64,000 nt of DNA, from NCBI GenBank assembly GCA_963713045.1, contig CAVQKE010000004.1, positions 672,001-736,000 of the forward strand, given 5' to 3'. Below are positions 35,481 to 46,903 of the stretch, one piece after another. The DNA is from an uncultured delta proteobacterium (GTDB taxonomy: Bacteria > Myxococcota > Myxococcia > Myxococcales > Myxococcaceae). How positions within the stretch are numbered: the stretch's first letter is position 1; each line of letters opens with the position of its first letter. Made by a program: the position numbers and the translations under genes. The notes beneath the pieces were generated by a model. The model did no database searches, was not told the DNA's origin, and saw only the letters and a program-made list of their open reading frames with translations.

Positions 35481-36535
35481 CCGAGGGCCTCCGGCAGGAC
35501 CCCGAGGCCCAGCTGGTCCCGAAGCTGCAGCGCGCCCCGCGCCACGGCGTGCGCGCCTGGGTCCTCGAGCAGCAGGGCGCCTGTGGCCAGCCCATGGGCG
35601 CGGGTCCCGCCGAGGGCCAGCGCCAGGTGCGCAGCGGCGGCACGCCCCACCGCGCCGTCCATGGCGCTCGTCACCACGGCATCCACCCCGTGGGCCCGCG
35701 CCCGGGCCGCCAGCTCCAGTGCATTGAGGAGGCCGCCCAACACCGGCAACTTGAGGATGAAGACGTCCGCGCCCGGCCCGCCCGCGGCGTCCAGGAGTGC
35801 ATCTGCGGCCCCGGCAACGCCGAGGGCCTCGTCGGCCGCCACCGGCAGAAGCCTGCGCAGTCGCCGCAGCCCGGAAACGTCGGCTGGACTGACGGGCTGC
35901 TCGACATATTCAAGTGCCACCGGGACCAGGGTCGCGAGCCGTACCGCAGCCTCGGCGTACGTCCAGGCCCCGTTGGCGTCCGCGCGAAGCCGGATGGCAG
36001 GGCCGACTGCCTCCCGCACTGCGGTCAGCTTCTCCGCGTCCTCCGCCGCAGAACCGACGCCGACTTTGAGTTTGAGCGTGCCAAAGCCTGAGGCCACGGC
36101 ACGCACTGCCTCCCGGGCGACCTCGCGGGCCGTGGCCCCCGTCAGCAGGGCATTCACTGGCACCGGCTCCACACGAGGCGCCCCCAACAGCATGGCCACG
36201 GCCACGCCTCGGCGCCGCGCCAACCAGTCCATAAGTGCCATCTCGACGCCCGCCCGCGCGGCTGGGGCAAGCCGCAACTCCGAAAGGGCCCCCGGGATGT
36301 CCGCCAGGCGCCCGGGCGGCTGACCCAACTGAAGCCGGCCGAGCGCCCCCACCGCCTCCGCCAAGGACTCCGTGCCGAAAGCCGGCAGCGGCGTCACCTC
36401 CCCAAGGCCCAGCGCGCCGCTGCCGTCGGTGAGAAGGAGCCGCAGTCCCTCCACCGCCTGCTGGCGCCCGTGGGCAGTGGCCAGGGGCACACGCAAGGGG
36501 AGACGGAAGGGCCTGGTCTGAAGCCGCAGCGTCAC
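35474..36535 (-). CDS. menC: o-succinylbenzoate synthase
   Basis: LKLKVG, RADANGAW, YVEQP, AADE enolase-family motifs. Confidence 0.9.
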   Translation of the reverse strand: MTLRLQTRPFRLPLRVPLATAHGRQQAVEGLRLLLTDGSGALGLGEVTPLPAFGTESLAEAVGALGRLQLGQPPGRLADIPGALSELRLAPAARAGVEMALMDWLARRRGVAVAMLLGAPRVEPVPVNALLTGATAREVAREAVRAVASGFGTLKLKVGVGSAAEDAEKLTAVREAVGPAIRLRADANGAWTYAEAAVRLATLVPVALEYVEQPVSPADVSGLRRLRRLLPVAADEALGVAGAADALLDAAGGPGADVFILKLPVLGGLLNALELAARARAHGVDAVVTSAMDGAVGRAAAAHLALALGGTRAHGLATGALLLEDPGAHAVARGALQLRDQLGLGVLPEALGW

Positions 36536-37449
36536 ACCAGTCCTCCCCGCCAGAGGCCCACCGCCAGCAAAACCCCGTGGACGAGTTGCAACCGTGCGCT
36601 TTGACCCAGCGCTTGGTTGAGCACTGCGCCGCGTTGGCCGAGGACAAGGCGCAATGGCCCAAACACCAATGGGAGCGCGGCCAGGGACACCAGCACGGCG
36701 GCGCCCACCTGGCCCAGCGCCCAGGCCACCACCGGCGCGACGAAGGCGATGGCCAGCACCAGCAAGTATTCGCCACGGGCAAATCCCTGGCCAAAACGGG
36801 CAGCCAAGGTGCGCTTACCGGCGACTCGGTCGGTGTCGATGTCGCGGAGGTTGTTGACCACAATCAACAGCGTCGCAGTGCACCCCACGCTGAGGGCGGC
36901 AAGCCAAGTGGCCGCCGGCAGTCGGAGCGCCTGGACCCACACCGTGCCGGCAACGGCCACGAAGCCGAAGAAAAGCAGCACGAAGACCTCGCCCAGGCCA
37001 AGGTAGCCAAGGGGCGCCGGGCCGCCGGTGTAGGCCCAGCCGGCGAGAATGCTGCACAGGCCAATGGCCACCACGGGCCAACCTCCAGCGGCAACCAGGA
37101 GGAGTCCGACACAGACTGCCCCTGCGAAGCAGAGTGCGGCCGCGGCCAACACCGTCTGCGGCGGCACCAGTCCGGCCTGTGTGACCCGGACCGGCCCCAG
37201 TCGCTGGGGCGTGTCCGCCCCCTTGCGAAAGTCGTAGTAGTCGTTGGTGAGGTTGGTGCCGACCTGGATGAGGAGCGCACCCAGGAGCGCCGCCACCGCC
37301 AGCGGCCAGCGGCCCGCGCCGGCCCCGAAGGCCAGTCCCGTCCCAACGGCCACCGGTGCCAGCGCCGCGGTCAGCGTCTTGGGGCGAGCAGCGAGCACCC
37401 AGGTGCGCAGCCGTCCTGAGGACGCGAGTTGCGTCGAAGAGCCATTCAT
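36532..37449 (-). CDS. menA: DHNA polyprenyltransferase
   Basis: [26 protein letters not shown]. Confidence 0.95.
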   Translation of the reverse strand: MNGSSTQLASSGRLRTWVLAARPKTLTAALAPVAVGTGLAFGAGAGRWPLAVAALLGALLIQVGTNLTNDYYDFRKGADTPQRLGPVRVTQAGLVPPQTVLAAAALCFAGAVCVGLLLVAAGGWPVVAIGLCSILAGWAYTGGPAPLGYLGLGEVFVLLFFGFVAVAGTVWVQALRLPAATWLAALSVGCTATLLIVVNNLRDIDTDRVAGKRTLAARFGQGFARGEYLLVLAIAFVAPVVAWALGQVGAAVLVSLAALPLVFGPLRLVLGQRGAVLNQALGQSARLQLVHGVLLAVGLWRGGLV

Positions 37450-38264
37450 GGGCGGCGGGGGAACTTGGAGAAGTCCGGCGGACGCTTCTGGACGTAGGCG
37501 TCGCGGCCTTCTTGGGCTTCGGCGGACATGTAGTAGAGCAGCGTCGCATTCCCAGCCAGCTCTTGAATTCCCGCTTGGCCGTCGAGCGCTGCGTTGAAGC
37601 TGGACTTGAGTAGCCGCAGCGCCAGCGGGCTCAGCTGCAACATCTCCTGGCACCACCGCACCGTCTCGGCCTCAAGCTCGGCGAGCGGGACAACGGCATT
37701 CACCAGGCCCATTCGCAGGGCCGCCTCGGCGTCGTATTGGCGACAGAGAAACCAAATCTCCTTGGCCTTCTTCAAGCCCACCAGGGAGGCCAGGGTGCTC
37801 GCACCAAACCCACCGTCGAAACTCCCAACCCGAGGGCCGGTTTGGCCAAAACGCGCGTTGTCCGCGGCGATGGTGAGGTCGCACACCACGTGAAGGACGT
37901 GCCCACCCCCAATGGCGTAGCCGGCCACCATCGCCACCACCGGCTTGGGGAGAGTGCGAATCTGTCGCTGCAAATCGAGAACGTTGAGGCGCGGCACCCC
38001 ATCCTGACCGAGGTAGCCCTCACTGCCGCGAATGCGCTGGTCTCCCCCCGAGCAGAAAGCCTGGTCGCCTTCACCGGTGAGAATGACCACTCCCACCTCT
38101 GGGTCCTCGCGCGCGTCCTCAAAGGCGGCGCTCATCTCGAAGAGCGTCTGCGGTCGAAACGCGTTGCGGACTTCGGGTCGATTGATGGTGACTTTCGCGA
38201 TGCCGTGCCACTTCTCAAAGCGAATGTCCTGGTACTTCCCTACCCGCTTCCAGCTTGCCTTCAT
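37446..38264 (-). CDS. menB: naphthoate (DHNA-CoA) synthase
   Basis: [25 protein letters not shown]. Confidence 0.97.
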   Translation of the reverse strand: MKASWKRVGKYQDIRFEKWHGIAKVTINRPEVRNAFRPQTLFEMSAAFEDAREDPEVGVVILTGEGDQAFCSGGDQRIRGSEGYLGQDGVPRLNVLDLQRQIRTLPKPVVAMVAGYAIGGGHVLHVVCDLTIAADNARFGQTGPRVGSFDGGFGASTLASLVGLKKAKEIWFLCRQYDAEAALRMGLVNAVVPLAELEAETVRWCQEMLQLSPLALRLLKSSFNAALDGQAGIQELAGNATLLYYMSAEAQEGRDAYVQKRPPDFSKFPRRP

Positions 38265-39082
38265 CCGTTGCTCTCGCTCTCCACCAAGGGTCGTTCAATC
38301 CACGGCGTTGACAGAAACCCGGTGACTTCCCTGGCCCAAGCCTCCGGCACCTCCAGGTGCGGCGCGTGCCCCACCCCGGGGAAGACGTAACCCCAAACCA
38401 CCGGGAGCTCCGCCGCCATTCTCCGGGCGACGGCTGTAAACCGCTCGTCCCGCGCTCCACTGAGAAGCAGTGTCGGGGTGCGGATGCGGGGGAGCGCGGA
38501 CCAGTAGCTGGGCTGAGCACCGAGTCCAAGCCGACGCAGCGAAAGCGCAAGTCCCTCGGCGTTGCCGGCGAGACGCCGCGCGCGGAGGGCCGCTTGGACC
38601 TCGGCGGGAAGGCTTCGCACTCCGGCGAAGAGGGGGAGCGCCTCCCAGCGCTCGACAAAATCGGGGAGGCCCCGGGATTCGATGCGCCTGGCGAGCGCCT
38701 CGTCCAGTCGACGCCGCTCACCGCGGTTGTGACGTCGACGTAGCCCGGGTGAGCCACTCTCCAGCACCAATCGTCGCACGCGAGAGCCGGACTGCACCGT
38801 CAGACCGAGCGCCACCCGCGCTCCGAGGGAATAGCCGGCGACGTCCACCTCGCCAAGCCCAAGCCCGTCGATGAGCGCCAGCAGCGCGGCCAGGGTAGAC
38901 GCGAACGTCGTGCTCTCGGTGAAGGAGCTCTGCCCATGTCCGGGGAGGTCCACCGCGACCACGTCGGCGTGGGGTATCAGTCGCTCGCGCAGGTGCGCAA
39001 AGGTCGTGCGGTTGCCGGTGAAGCCATGCAACAGCAGCAGCGGAGGCCCATTCCCCGGCCAGCGTTCATAGCTGAGGTTCAC
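38261..39082 (-). CDS. menH: SHCHC synthase
   Basis: LHGFTG, GYSLG, GHAPH alpha/beta hydrolase between menD and menB. Confidence 0.9.
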   Translation of the reverse strand: MNLSYERWPGNGPPLLLLHGFTGNRTTFAHLRERLIPHADVVAVDLPGHGQSSFTESTTFASTLAALLALIDGLGLGEVDVAGYSLGARVALGLTVQSGSRVRRLVLESGSPGLRRRHNRGERRRLDEALARRIESRGLPDFVERWEALPLFAGVRSLPAEVQAALRARRLAGNAEGLALSLRRLGLGAQPSYWSALPRIRTPTLLLSGARDERFTAVARRMAAELPVVWGYVFPGVGHAPHLEVPEAWAREVTGFLSTPWIERPLVESESNG

Positions 39083-40827
39083 GGCACACCCTCCGCCGCC
39101 CGTGCCGCGCGCTCGACAAGCCGCTGGTGCAGCGCGACGTTGTGGGCACGGCTGGGCAAGCGTGCCTCCACCAGGTGCAGCCCACCGCGAAGGCCACCTT
39201 GCAGTGCCTCTCTCAACTCCACGGCGCTCTGCACCCGCGCATAGTGCGCGCCAAACAGCCGCGCGGCGTGCGAGAGCTCGAGCCCGTGCGGCGTAGCAAA
39301 CAGTGGTTCGAAGGCATCGCCCACCCCGGCCACGGGGAGAAAGGAGAAAATGCCCCCGCCGTCATTGTTGGCCACCACCACCGTCAGCGGAATGGCGGAC
39401 CGCCGAGCGATGAGCAGGCCACCCACGTCGTGGAGAAAGGCCAAGTCCCCGAGGAGCACCACGGTGGGCGAGCGGCTCGCGGCCGCCACCCCCAGCGCGG
39501 TGGAGACTGTGCCGTCAATGCCATTGACGCCTCGGTTGGCCAGCACGCGGATGCCGACGCCCTGGTTGGGTGCAAAGGACTCGATGTCCCGAATGGGCAT
39601 GCTGGAGGCCACCACCAGCCGGGCCCCTTCCGGAAGTGAGGAGACGACTGCGTGAGCGAGTTGGGGTTCGCTGAGGGGGCCGGCGGCGGACAAGGCCTCG
39701 GCCAGCATGGCGTCGGCGCGCGCGTCCGCTGCGAAGAATGCCTCCGCCCAGGCGGCACGTCCGGGCGGGGAGCCTGCGGTCAGCGCTGCGCAGGTGGCGG
39801 CCAAGTCGCCGGCCAGCACCAGGCTGGCCCGGTGGCTGGCATCGACAGGAGTCCCCTCTTCCGCCAGCAAGACGGTCCAAGCCCCACTGGCGTCCAGCCA
39901 CTGGCCGAGCCGTTTGGAGGACAGGCCTCCCCCCAGCCGGAGCACCAACTCTGGGCGAAGTGCCTCCGCCAAGGCCTCGCTGCGGACCAGCACGTCGGCA
40001 TGCCCCACCACCTGGCCAGCCCGGTGCCAGCGGACGTTGGAGGCGCCGTCGGCCACCACCGGGTAGCCGTAGGAGGCCGCCAGCGCCAACACGGCCGACG
40101 CCACGCCATCCGCAGCGGCGCGAGGGCCCACCACCACCAGCCCCTTCTCCGTCCCCGCCAGCCGACGTCGCAGCTCGGCCAGCGCCTCCTCCGGTGGCCG
40201 TCGGGTGGGTGCCGGCGAGGCGAGAAACGGGCCCTCCCGCCCCTCGCGCGCCAGGCGTTCCAGCCCCGCCACGTCTGGGGCATTCGGGCCCGGCACCAGG
40301 GGCTCTCGAAAAGGCACGTCGAGGTGCACCGGCCCTCGCGGCGCGGTCTGGCTGGCCGACACGCTGCGGGCCACCAAGGCGCGAAGGTGCTCCACGGCGG
40401 CTGAGGTTGGCTCCGGTGCGGCCAGTGTCACCGCCACCCGACTGAAGCGGCCGAAAAGGCCCTCTTGAGGCACCGTCTGCGGCGCGCCAAATCCGTGCAA
40501 TTCCCAAGGGCGGTTGGCGGTGAGAACCACCAGGGGGACGTGGGCCGCCCAGGCTTCCATGACAGCGGGAAGCAGGTGCGCGCCGGCCGTTCCGGACGTC
40601 ACCACCAGGGCCGCGGGCCGGCCCGATTCCAGCGCCAAGCCCAGCGCGAAAAAGCCGGCGGTCCGCTCGTCGACGACGCTGAAGACGGACAAGGCCGGCT
40701 CAGCTTCGGCGCAGGCCAAAGCCAGAGGAGCGCTGCGCGAGCCCGGGGCGACGACGGCGTACCGGACACCCCCGCGCACCAACTCCTCCACCAGCGCGCG
40801 AGCCCAGAGGGTGTTTAGGGAGGCCAC
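39079..40827 (-). CDS. menD: SEPHCHC synthase
   Basis: PGSRSAPL, DER, TSGTA, NRGVNGIDG, GDLAFLHD, NNDGGGIF. Confidence 0.95.
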   Translation of the reverse strand: MASLNTLWARALVEELVRGGVRYAVVAPGSRSAPLALACAEAEPALSVFSVVDERTAGFFALGLALESGRPAALVVTSGTAGAHLLPAVMEAWAAHVPLVVLTANRPWELHGFGAPQTVPQEGLFGRFSRVAVTLAAPEPTSAAVEHLRALVARSVSASQTAPRGPVHLDVPFREPLVPGPNAPDVAGLERLAREGREGPFLASPAPTRRPPEEALAELRRRLAGTEKGLVVVGPRAAADGVASAVLALAASYGYPVVADGASNVRWHRAGQVVGHADVLVRSEALAEALRPELVLRLGGGLSSKRLGQWLDASGAWTVLLAEEGTPVDASHRASLVLAGDLAATCAALTAGSPPGRAAWAEAFFAADARADAMLAEALSAAGPLSEPQLAHAVVSSLPEGARLVVASSMPIRDIESFAPNQGVGIRVLANRGVNGIDGTVSTALGVAAASRSPTVVLLGDLAFLHDVGGLLIARRSAIPLTVVVANNDGGGIFSFLPVAGVGDAFEPLFATPHGLELSHAARLFGAHYARVQSAVELREALQGGLRGGLHLVEARLPSRAHNVALHQRLVERAARAAEGVP

Positions 40828-42110
40828 GTCGTCTCCCCAAGCAACGCCTCCAGCATCGGCTGCGCCTTGCGCCCCGTCTCCGCCCACTCGCCGAGGGCGG
40901 TCGAGCCCTCCACCACCCCAGCCCCGACAAAGAGACGGGCGGTTGACCCCCGCACCAGCGCACAGCGCAACGCCACGCGGAGGTCAGCGGCGTCGGCGCC
41001 CAGCCAGCCGACTGCGCCGGCATACCAACCCCGCGCCAGGCGTTCGTGGGCGCGGAGAAAGCCTCGGGCGCGGTCCCGCGGGGCGCCGCACACCGCCGCC
41101 GTGGGGTGCAGTGCCAAGGCGGCTTCGGCCGGGGTGACACCGGGCCGCAGGGTCCCCGTCATCCGCGAATCCAAGTGCGTCACGTAGGCGAGAGACAGCA
41201 AGGTGGGGGGCGCGATTTCGACGCGTTCGGCCACCGTGTCCAGCGCAGTCCGGACGTCTTCCACCACCGCGCCGTGCTCGCGCACTTCCTTGGAGCTGTC
41301 GAGCCGGGCGCCCTCCCCCGGTGCGGCACTGCCGGCCAGCGCCTGCGTCCAGAAACGGCGACCTTCCACCCGCACCAAGCGCTCCGGCGAGGCACCGAGG
41401 AAACTGGTCCCGTCTGAAGCACGCACCGCAAACACCACCGCACCGCCGGGAGCAGTTTGGGCGCGCGCGACTGAGCGGCCCACGTCCAGCGGAGCCTCGG
41501 TCACCACTTCCAGGGCCCGGGCCAGCACCACCTTTCTGAGGATGCCCGCCCGCAGGGACTCGAGCGCACCGTCGAAGAGGGCCTGCCAAGCCAACCCATC
41601 CTCGCGCACCGAGAGAACCAGCGGCGCCCGGCCCTCCACCGCAGGCGGAGAAGCGGAGCGGCCAAGTGCCAGGTGAAGCGCCAACTCCGCCCGGGCGTGA
41701 GCCACCCCCTCGCCGTCCGGACCCACGGCCTGGTAGGCCGTCAGGCTCATCCCCTCGCGGCCCTCGGCCAGAAGCAACTCTGGAAGGAAAGCGCGCGCTG
41801 CGGGAAAACTCTCCCACCAGCCGTCGGTGGGCGCGCCGCCGTCAAAGGCGAAGCCGCAAAACCACGGGGCCGGCGGCGCCACCGCCGGACCGGTCACCTC
41901 CACTGGGGTTTGGCCAGCGGCGGCGAGGACGGACGCAGCGCTGGCGCCGCAGTGGACGGCCGCTTCGCCGGCGCCCTCCCAGCGCATCGCGCCCTCACTC
42001 CAGGCGAGGGACAGTGGGCCCAGGCTACGGCGCAGCCGTCGGTGTTCAGCGACGCCCAACCTTCGGGCCACGCCGACCACATGCGCGACAGTTGGCATGA
42101 CCGCTTCCAT
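40815..42110 (-). CDS. menF: isochorismate synthase
   Basis: KVVLAR, GASPERL, ALAGS, KEVREH, LHPTAAVCG, GAGVV. Confidence 0.9.
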   Translation of the reverse strand: MEAVMPTVAHVVGVARRLGVAEHRRLRRSLGPLSLAWSEGAMRWEGAGEAAVHCGASAASVLAAAGQTPVEVTGPAVAPPAPWFCGFAFDGGAPTDGWWESFPAARAFLPELLLAEGREGMSLTAYQAVGPDGEGVAHARAELALHLALGRSASPPAVEGRAPLVLSVREDGLAWQALFDGALESLRAGILRKVVLARALEVVTEAPLDVGRSVARAQTAPGGAVVFAVRASDGTSFLGASPERLVRVEGRRFWTQALAGSAAPGEGARLDSSKEVREHGAVVEDVRTALDTVAERVEIAPPTLLSLAYVTHLDSRMTGTLRPGVTPAEAALALHPTAAVCGAPRDRARGFLRAHERLARGWYAGAVGWLGADAADLRVALRCALVRGSTARLFVGAGVVEGSTALGEWAETGRKAQPMLEALLGETTWPP

Positions 42111-42219
42111 CAGCCTCCGCTGGCGGTGGTCCGGCAACTTCGGGTTGTTTTCTATGCTGCCCGTGCTAACCAATGCACGAAGAAGTTCAAGGTACCTTGA
42201 ACCTCGTGAACCTCCGCTG

Positions 42220-43104
42220 ATGAACAGGAGCAGCCCAGCGCCTGACCCCGCGCTTCCGCGGCGCGTGCTCCGGTCGGTCCGGCCGGGTGGGACTCGCGTC
42301 ATGGTGGGTTCGGTGCTGGTGGGTGGACCGGAATTCGTGGTCGCCGCCGGTCCCTGCGCGGTGGAGACAGCGGCCCAGCTGTCAGACACTGCCGCGGCGG
42401 TGGCCGATTGCGGAGCGCACCTCTTGCGGGGGGGCATCTTCAAGCCCCGCACCAGCCCCTACGCTTTCCAGGGACTGGGAGAGCCCGGCGTCGCGCTCTT
42501 GGAACGGGCGCGGACTCGACACGCCCTGGGGGTGGTGGCGGAAGTCCTCGACACCGAGCAGCTGGCGGCCCTCATCGACCACGTGGACATGCTGCAGGTG
42601 GGGGCACGCAACATGCAGAATTTCACCCTGCTGCGCGCCCTCGGGAAGGTGCGGCGTCCGGTGTTGCTCAAGCGGGGTCTGGCGGCGACGTTTCAGGAGT
42701 GGCTGCTCGCCGCGGAGTACCTGCTGGACGGCGGCAACGAGCAAGTCATCCTCTGCGAGCGGGGAATCCGGACTTTCGAGCCAGCCATGCGCAACACGCT
42801 GGACCTCGCCTCGGTGGCCCTGGCCAAGGCCCGCTGCCACTTGCCGGTGATGGTCGACCCCAGCCACGCCACCGGAAGCCGGGAGCTCGTCATCCCGATG
42901 GCGCTGGCCGCCGCCGCCGCCGGCGCCGACGGGCTGCTGGTGGAAGTGCACGCCCGGCCCGACGAGGCCCTCTGCGACGGTGCGCAGGCCCTTACTCCAG
43001 AGTTGTTTGCGGAGCTGATGCAGAGACTGCCTCCGGTGTTGCACGCGGTGGGACGCTCGATGCATGCCCGGCCGACGCCGGTGGCCAACGTGAGGGCGCT
43101 ATGA
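42220..43104 (+). CDS. aroF: DAHP synthase (type I-beta, no regulatory domain)
   Basis: AGPCAVE, KPRTSPYAFQG, GARNMQNF, CERGIRTF, DPSH. Confidence 0.92.
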   Translation: MNRSSPAPDPALPRRVLRSVRPGGTRVMVGSVLVGGPEFVVAAGPCAVETAAQLSDTAAAVADCGAHLLRGGIFKPRTSPYAFQGLGEPGVALLERARTRHALGVVAEVLDTEQLAALIDHVDMLQVGARNMQNFTLLRALGKVRRPVLLKRGLAATFQEWLLAAEYLLDGGNEQVILCERGIRTFEPAMRNTLDLASVALAKARCHLPVMVDPSHATGSRELVIPMALAAAAAGADGLLVEVHARPDEALCDGAQALTPELFAELMQRLPPVLHAVGRSMHARPTPVANVRAL

Positions 43105-43799
43105 GCGAGCAGGTGCGCGACATGTTTTCCTCCATCGCGCCCCGCTACGACTTGACCAACGTGGTGCTGTCCTTCGGCGTGGACCGCCTGTGGCGACACA
43201 CAGCAGTGCGGGCCAGCGGCGCTGCCCCCGGCGCTCGTGTCCTCGACTGCGCCACGGGGACCGGCGACTTAGCGCTGGCCCTGAGGCGGGCCGTCGGCCC
43301 CGGGGGGGATGTGGTGGCGATGGACTTTTGCGCGCCGATGCTCGGCGCTGCCCAGCAGAAAGCGCAACGGGCGGGCTTGGGAGACATTCGCTTCGAGGTG
43401 GCCGACGTCCTGGCCCTGCCCTACCCCACGGCCCGCTTCGACATTGCGACCATCGCCTTCGGCATCCGCAACGTGGACGACCCAGTGCGATGTCTACAGG
43501 AAATGTCGCGCGTGGTGCGTCGGGGGGGGCGGGTGGTGGTGCTCGAATTCGGCCAGCCCGAGGGCCTCTGGGGGGCGCTTTATCGCACCTACTCCAGGCG
43601 GCTGATGCCGTGGCTGGGAGGGCTGCTCACCGGCAACCGCTCGGCCTATGCCTATTTGCCCCGCACCGCCGCGGCCTTCCCGGCCGGGCAGCGCTTCCTG
43701 GAACTGATGGACCAGGCTGGCACCTTCTCCTCGCGGCAGGCCCGCTCGCTCAGCGGCGGCATTGCCCTGGTCTACGTCGGGGAAGTCCGGGGCGGCTGA
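43101..43799 (+). CDS. menG: demethylmenaquinone methyltransferase (UbiE/MenG)
   Basis: MFSSIAPRYDLTN, LDCATGTGD, FGIRNV. Confidence 0.9.
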   Translation: MSEQVRDMFSSIAPRYDLTNVVLSFGVDRLWRHTAVRASGAAPGARVLDCATGTGDLALALRRAVGPGGDVVAMDFCAPMLGAAQQKAQRAGLGDIRFEVADVLALPYPTARFDIATIAFGIRNVDDPVRCLQEMSRVVRRGGRVVVLEFGQPEGLWGALYRTYSRRLMPWLGGLLTGNRSAYAYLPRTAAAFPAGQRFLELMDQAGTFSSRQARSLSGGIALVYVGEVRGG

Positions 43800-43807
43800 A
43801 GTGTTTC

Positions 43808-44458
43808 CTAGAGGCGCGACTGCTCGAAGTCGTAGATTTTTTCGACCGCAATTTGCCGATAGCGGTCGACCTTCATGGCCCGCTTTGCCGCCTCCCACAC
43901 CAGCTCCTTTGGCGAGCGTTCGGGCTCCTTCTTCTTCCGGCGCTTCACCTCACGCTTGATGGCCTTCACCGCCTCGCGCGGGTGGAAGCAGAAGGCGGGC
44001 GAGAAAACCAACCCGCCGTGCAGTGGGAGGAGGCGCGCTTCGAGCACGTCGCCCTTCTGCAGCCCGGCCAGGGTGCGACGCTCGGTGACGTCGTGGTCGA
44101 CCCCGCTGAAAAGTTCCCTCAGCCTGACAAAACCGGCGCCAAGCTTGCGGACCTCAAACAGGCCATGGATGGTGCGCGTGAGCGCGTCGACCAGGCCGGC
44201 GTCGGGAGCTCCGGAGCTCAACTTGACGGCGTGAAACTCCTCAGCCGGCGTCCGTCCGGTGCTCGGGGAGCGGTAGTCAAAGACGTAGTAGTCGAGAAAG
44301 CAGGCCATCCGCATCTCAAAGTTGCGGTCGTCCTCGAAGACTTCTCCGGTAAGCCGGAAGTAGTCGGCCTTGGCCGCGAGCACGTCAGGCTGGCGCTCCG
44401 GTTGGCTCGCCAAGGCAAAGAGCGAGTCCAGAAGCGCCGGGTAGGAAGCTGCCTCCAT
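43808..44458 (-). CDS. conserved hypothetical protein
   Basis: 216-aa ATG ORF with core-like codon usage, downstream of carA. Confidence 0.75.
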   Translation of the reverse strand: MEAASYPALLDSLFALASQPERQPDVLAAKADYFRLTGEVFEDDRNFEMRMACFLDYYVFDYRSPSTGRTPAEEFHAVKLSSGAPDAGLVDALTRTIHGLFEVRKLGAGFVRLRELFSGVDHDVTERRTLAGLQKGDVLEARLLPLHGGLVFSPAFCFHPREAVKAIKREVKRRKKKEPERSPKELVWEAAKRAMKVDRYRQIAVEKIYDFEQSRL

Positions 44459-44476
44459 CGGGTGTGGCCAGCGAGT

Positions 44477-45589
44477 CTAGCGCGCCATCGCCCGCGTGAA
44501 GCGAGCGAAGAGGTGTCTCGCGTCGTGTGGGCCCGGAGAGGATTCTGGGTGGTATTGAACGCTGAAGGCGCGGCCATCTGGAACTTCGAGCCCTTCGACC
44601 GTCCCGTCGTTCAGATTGACATGGGTAACAACCGCCCTGCCTTGGAGGCTGTCCGCGTCGACAGCGAAGCCGTGGTTCTGGGCGGTAATTTCCACGCGGC
44701 CCGTCACCAAGTCCTTCACCGGTTGGTTTGCGCCGCGGTGGCCAAACTTCATCTTGTAGGTTTTGCCTCCCACCGCGCGGGCGAGGATTTGATGGCCCAA
44801 GCAGATGCCAAACACGGGCACGCGCCCAAGGAGAGCCGCCACCGCCGACTCCGCCCCCGGCACGGCGGCCGGGTCTCCCGGACCGTTGGTGAGGAAGACG
44901 CCGTGCGGCTTTCGGGCGAGGACCTCCGCCGCCGAGGTGGTGGCAGGCACCACGGTGACCCGGCAGCCGGCCTCCACCAGGAGCTGGAGCATGGCCCGCT
45001 TCAGGCCAAAGTCGTAGGCCACCACGTCGAAGCGCTTGGCCAGCGGCGGTCGTTCCGTCCCGAATATCTCCGGCATGCCTTCGGTGAATTCATACGGGGC
45101 ACGTGCCGAAATGCCGCTGACCAGGTCCCGGCCCTCCATGCCCGGCGCTTGACGTGCTCGCTCCACCAGCGCCGAGGCCGAATGGCCTTCGCTGCTGACC
45201 ACACCCATCTGGGCGCCATGCGTCCTCAGGTGCCGCACCAGCTTGCGGGTATCCAGGCCGGCGATGCCCACCACGTCGAAGCCCCGCAAGTACTCATCGA
45301 GCGATTGCTGCGCCCTCCAGCTGCTGGGCGTTTCGCTGACGTTGCGCACCACCATCCCGACGGCGTGCGGACGGGCCGACTCCTGGTCCAGGGCGTTGGC
45401 ACCAACGTTGCCCATCTCTGGAGCGGCCATGGTGACAATCTGCGCGACGTAGCTCGGGTCGGTGAGGATTTCTTGGTAACCAGACATCGAGGTGTTGAAG
45501 ACCACCTCGCCAATACGCTCGCCGGGCGCGCCAAAGGCCCGGCCCTCAAAAACCGTTCCATCTGCCAGGGCCAGCGTCGCGCCGCGCAC
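44477..45589 (-). CDS. carA: carbamoyl-phosphate synthase small subunit
   Basis: EVVFNT, TDPSY, GICLGHQ, QYHPE. Confidence 0.97.
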   Translation of the reverse strand: MRGATLALADGTVFEGRAFGAPGERIGEVVFNTSMSGYQEILTDPSYVAQIVTMAAPEMGNVGANALDQESARPHAVGMVVRNVSETPSSWRAQQSLDEYLRGFDVVGIAGLDTRKLVRHLRTHGAQMGVVSSEGHSASALVERARQAPGMEGRDLVSGISARAPYEFTEGMPEIFGTERPPLAKRFDVVAYDFGLKRAMLQLLVEAGCRVTVVPATTSAAEVLARKPHGVFLTNGPGDPAAVPGAESAVAALLGRVPVFGICLGHQILARAVGGKTYKMKFGHRGANQPVKDLVTGRVEITAQNHGFAVDADSLQGRAVVTHVNLNDGTVEGLEVPDGRAFSVQYHPESSPGPHDARHLFARFTRAMAR

Positions 45590-46903
45590 TTAGTTTTCCT
45601 CCGTCTGCAGCGCACCCTCGAAGAAGACCGGTCGTCCGGCGACGAAGGTGTGGATGACCCGACCTACCATCTGCATTCCGGCAAAGGGCGTGTTTCGGCT
45701 CCGCGAGTGGAAGTGCGTGGGCTCGACACGCCATTCCGCCGCCGGGTCCACCACCGTCACGTCGGCCGGCTCCCCGGGAAGTAGCTGTCCACCAGGAAGT
45801 CCGAAGGCGGCGGCTGGCCCCGCCGACAGCAACTCCACCGCCCTGGACGCCGACAGGACGCCCGAGCGTGCCAGCGCCAGCGTCAGCGGGAGCGCCGTCT
45901 CTAGGCCGACGACGCCGTTCGCCGCCTCGGCGAAGGGGACCTGCTTCTCAAGAATGCTGTGGGGCGCATGGTCGGTGGCGATGGCGTCGATGGTGCCGTC
46001 GGCCAGGCCCTGCCGGAGGGCTGCCAGGTCCTCTGGCCCACGCAGCGGGGGTGTCATCTTGGCGTCGGTATTCCAATCCGCGGCGGCTGCGTCGGTCAGT
46101 GTGAAGTGATGGGGTGTCACCTCCGCGGTAACGCGCAAGCCCCGCGCTTTGGCCTGGCGGACCAGCCGCACGCTTTCCGCGCAGCTGAGGTGAGCGATGT
46201 GCAGGTGCCCACCCACTTCCTCGAGGAGAACCAAGTCCCGGGCCACCATCGCCACCTCGGCAGAACGGGGAATGGGCAACAGCCCCAGCCGCGTGGCCTG
46301 GGTGCCCTCGGTGAGCGCCCCTCCCGCCGAAAGCGTCAAGTCCTCCTCGTGCACCATCACTGGGCGGCCCAGCCCCCGGGCGTACTGCAGCACCCGCCGC
46401 ATCAAGGCGGCACTCATCACCGGGCGGCCGTCGTCGGTGAAGCAGACGCAGCCTGCCGCCGCAAGCTCACCTAGCTCGGCCATCTCTTCCCCGGCCAACC
46501 CCTTGCTGATGGCACCGGCCGGCCAAACCCGGGCCAGGTGGGCGGCCGCCGCGCGCTCTTGAATGAAGCGCGTCACCAGCGCCGAGTCGTTGGGCGGTCG
46601 GGTGTTCGGCATCGCCACCACCGAGGTGTAACCGCCCGCGACCGCGGCCCGGGTGCCGGTGAGGATGGTTTCCTTTCCTTCGTCCCCCGGCTCGCGCAGG
46701 TGGACGTGCAAGTCGATGAAGCCGGGGCACACCCAGAGGCCGGTGACGTCCACCTCCCGAGCGCCGTCGGCGGCCAGCGGTCGGTCCGACGTGGCCACCA
46801 CCTGGCCGTTTCTGAAGAGCACATCCTGCACGGCGTCGATGCCGCGCCGCGGGTCAATCAGTCGACCGCCGCGGAGGAGAAAGCCGTTGGCGCTCAAGCG
46901 CAT
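45590..46903 (-). CDS. pyrC: dihydroorotase
   Basis: DLHVHLREPG, MPNT, IATDHAPH. Confidence 0.95.
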   Translation of the reverse strand: MRLSANGFLLRGGRLIDPRRGIDAVQDVLFRNGQVVATSDRPLAADGAREVDVTGLWVCPGFIDLHVHLREPGDEGKETILTGTRAAVAGGYTSVVAMPNTRPPNDSALVTRFIQERAAAAHLARVWPAGAISKGLAGEEMAELGELAAAGCVCFTDDGRPVMSAALMRRVLQYARGLGRPVMVHEEDLTLSAGGALTEGTQATRLGLLPIPRSAEVAMVARDLVLLEEVGGHLHIAHLSCAESVRLVRQAKARGLRVTAEVTPHHFTLTDAAAADWNTDAKMTPPLRGPEDLAALRQGLADGTIDAIATDHAPHSILEKQVPFAEAANGVVGLETALPLTLALARSGVLSASRAVELLSAGPAAAFGLPGGQLLPGEPADVTVVDPAAEWRVEPTHFHSRSRNTPFAGMQMVGRVIHTFVAGRPVFFEGALQTEEN

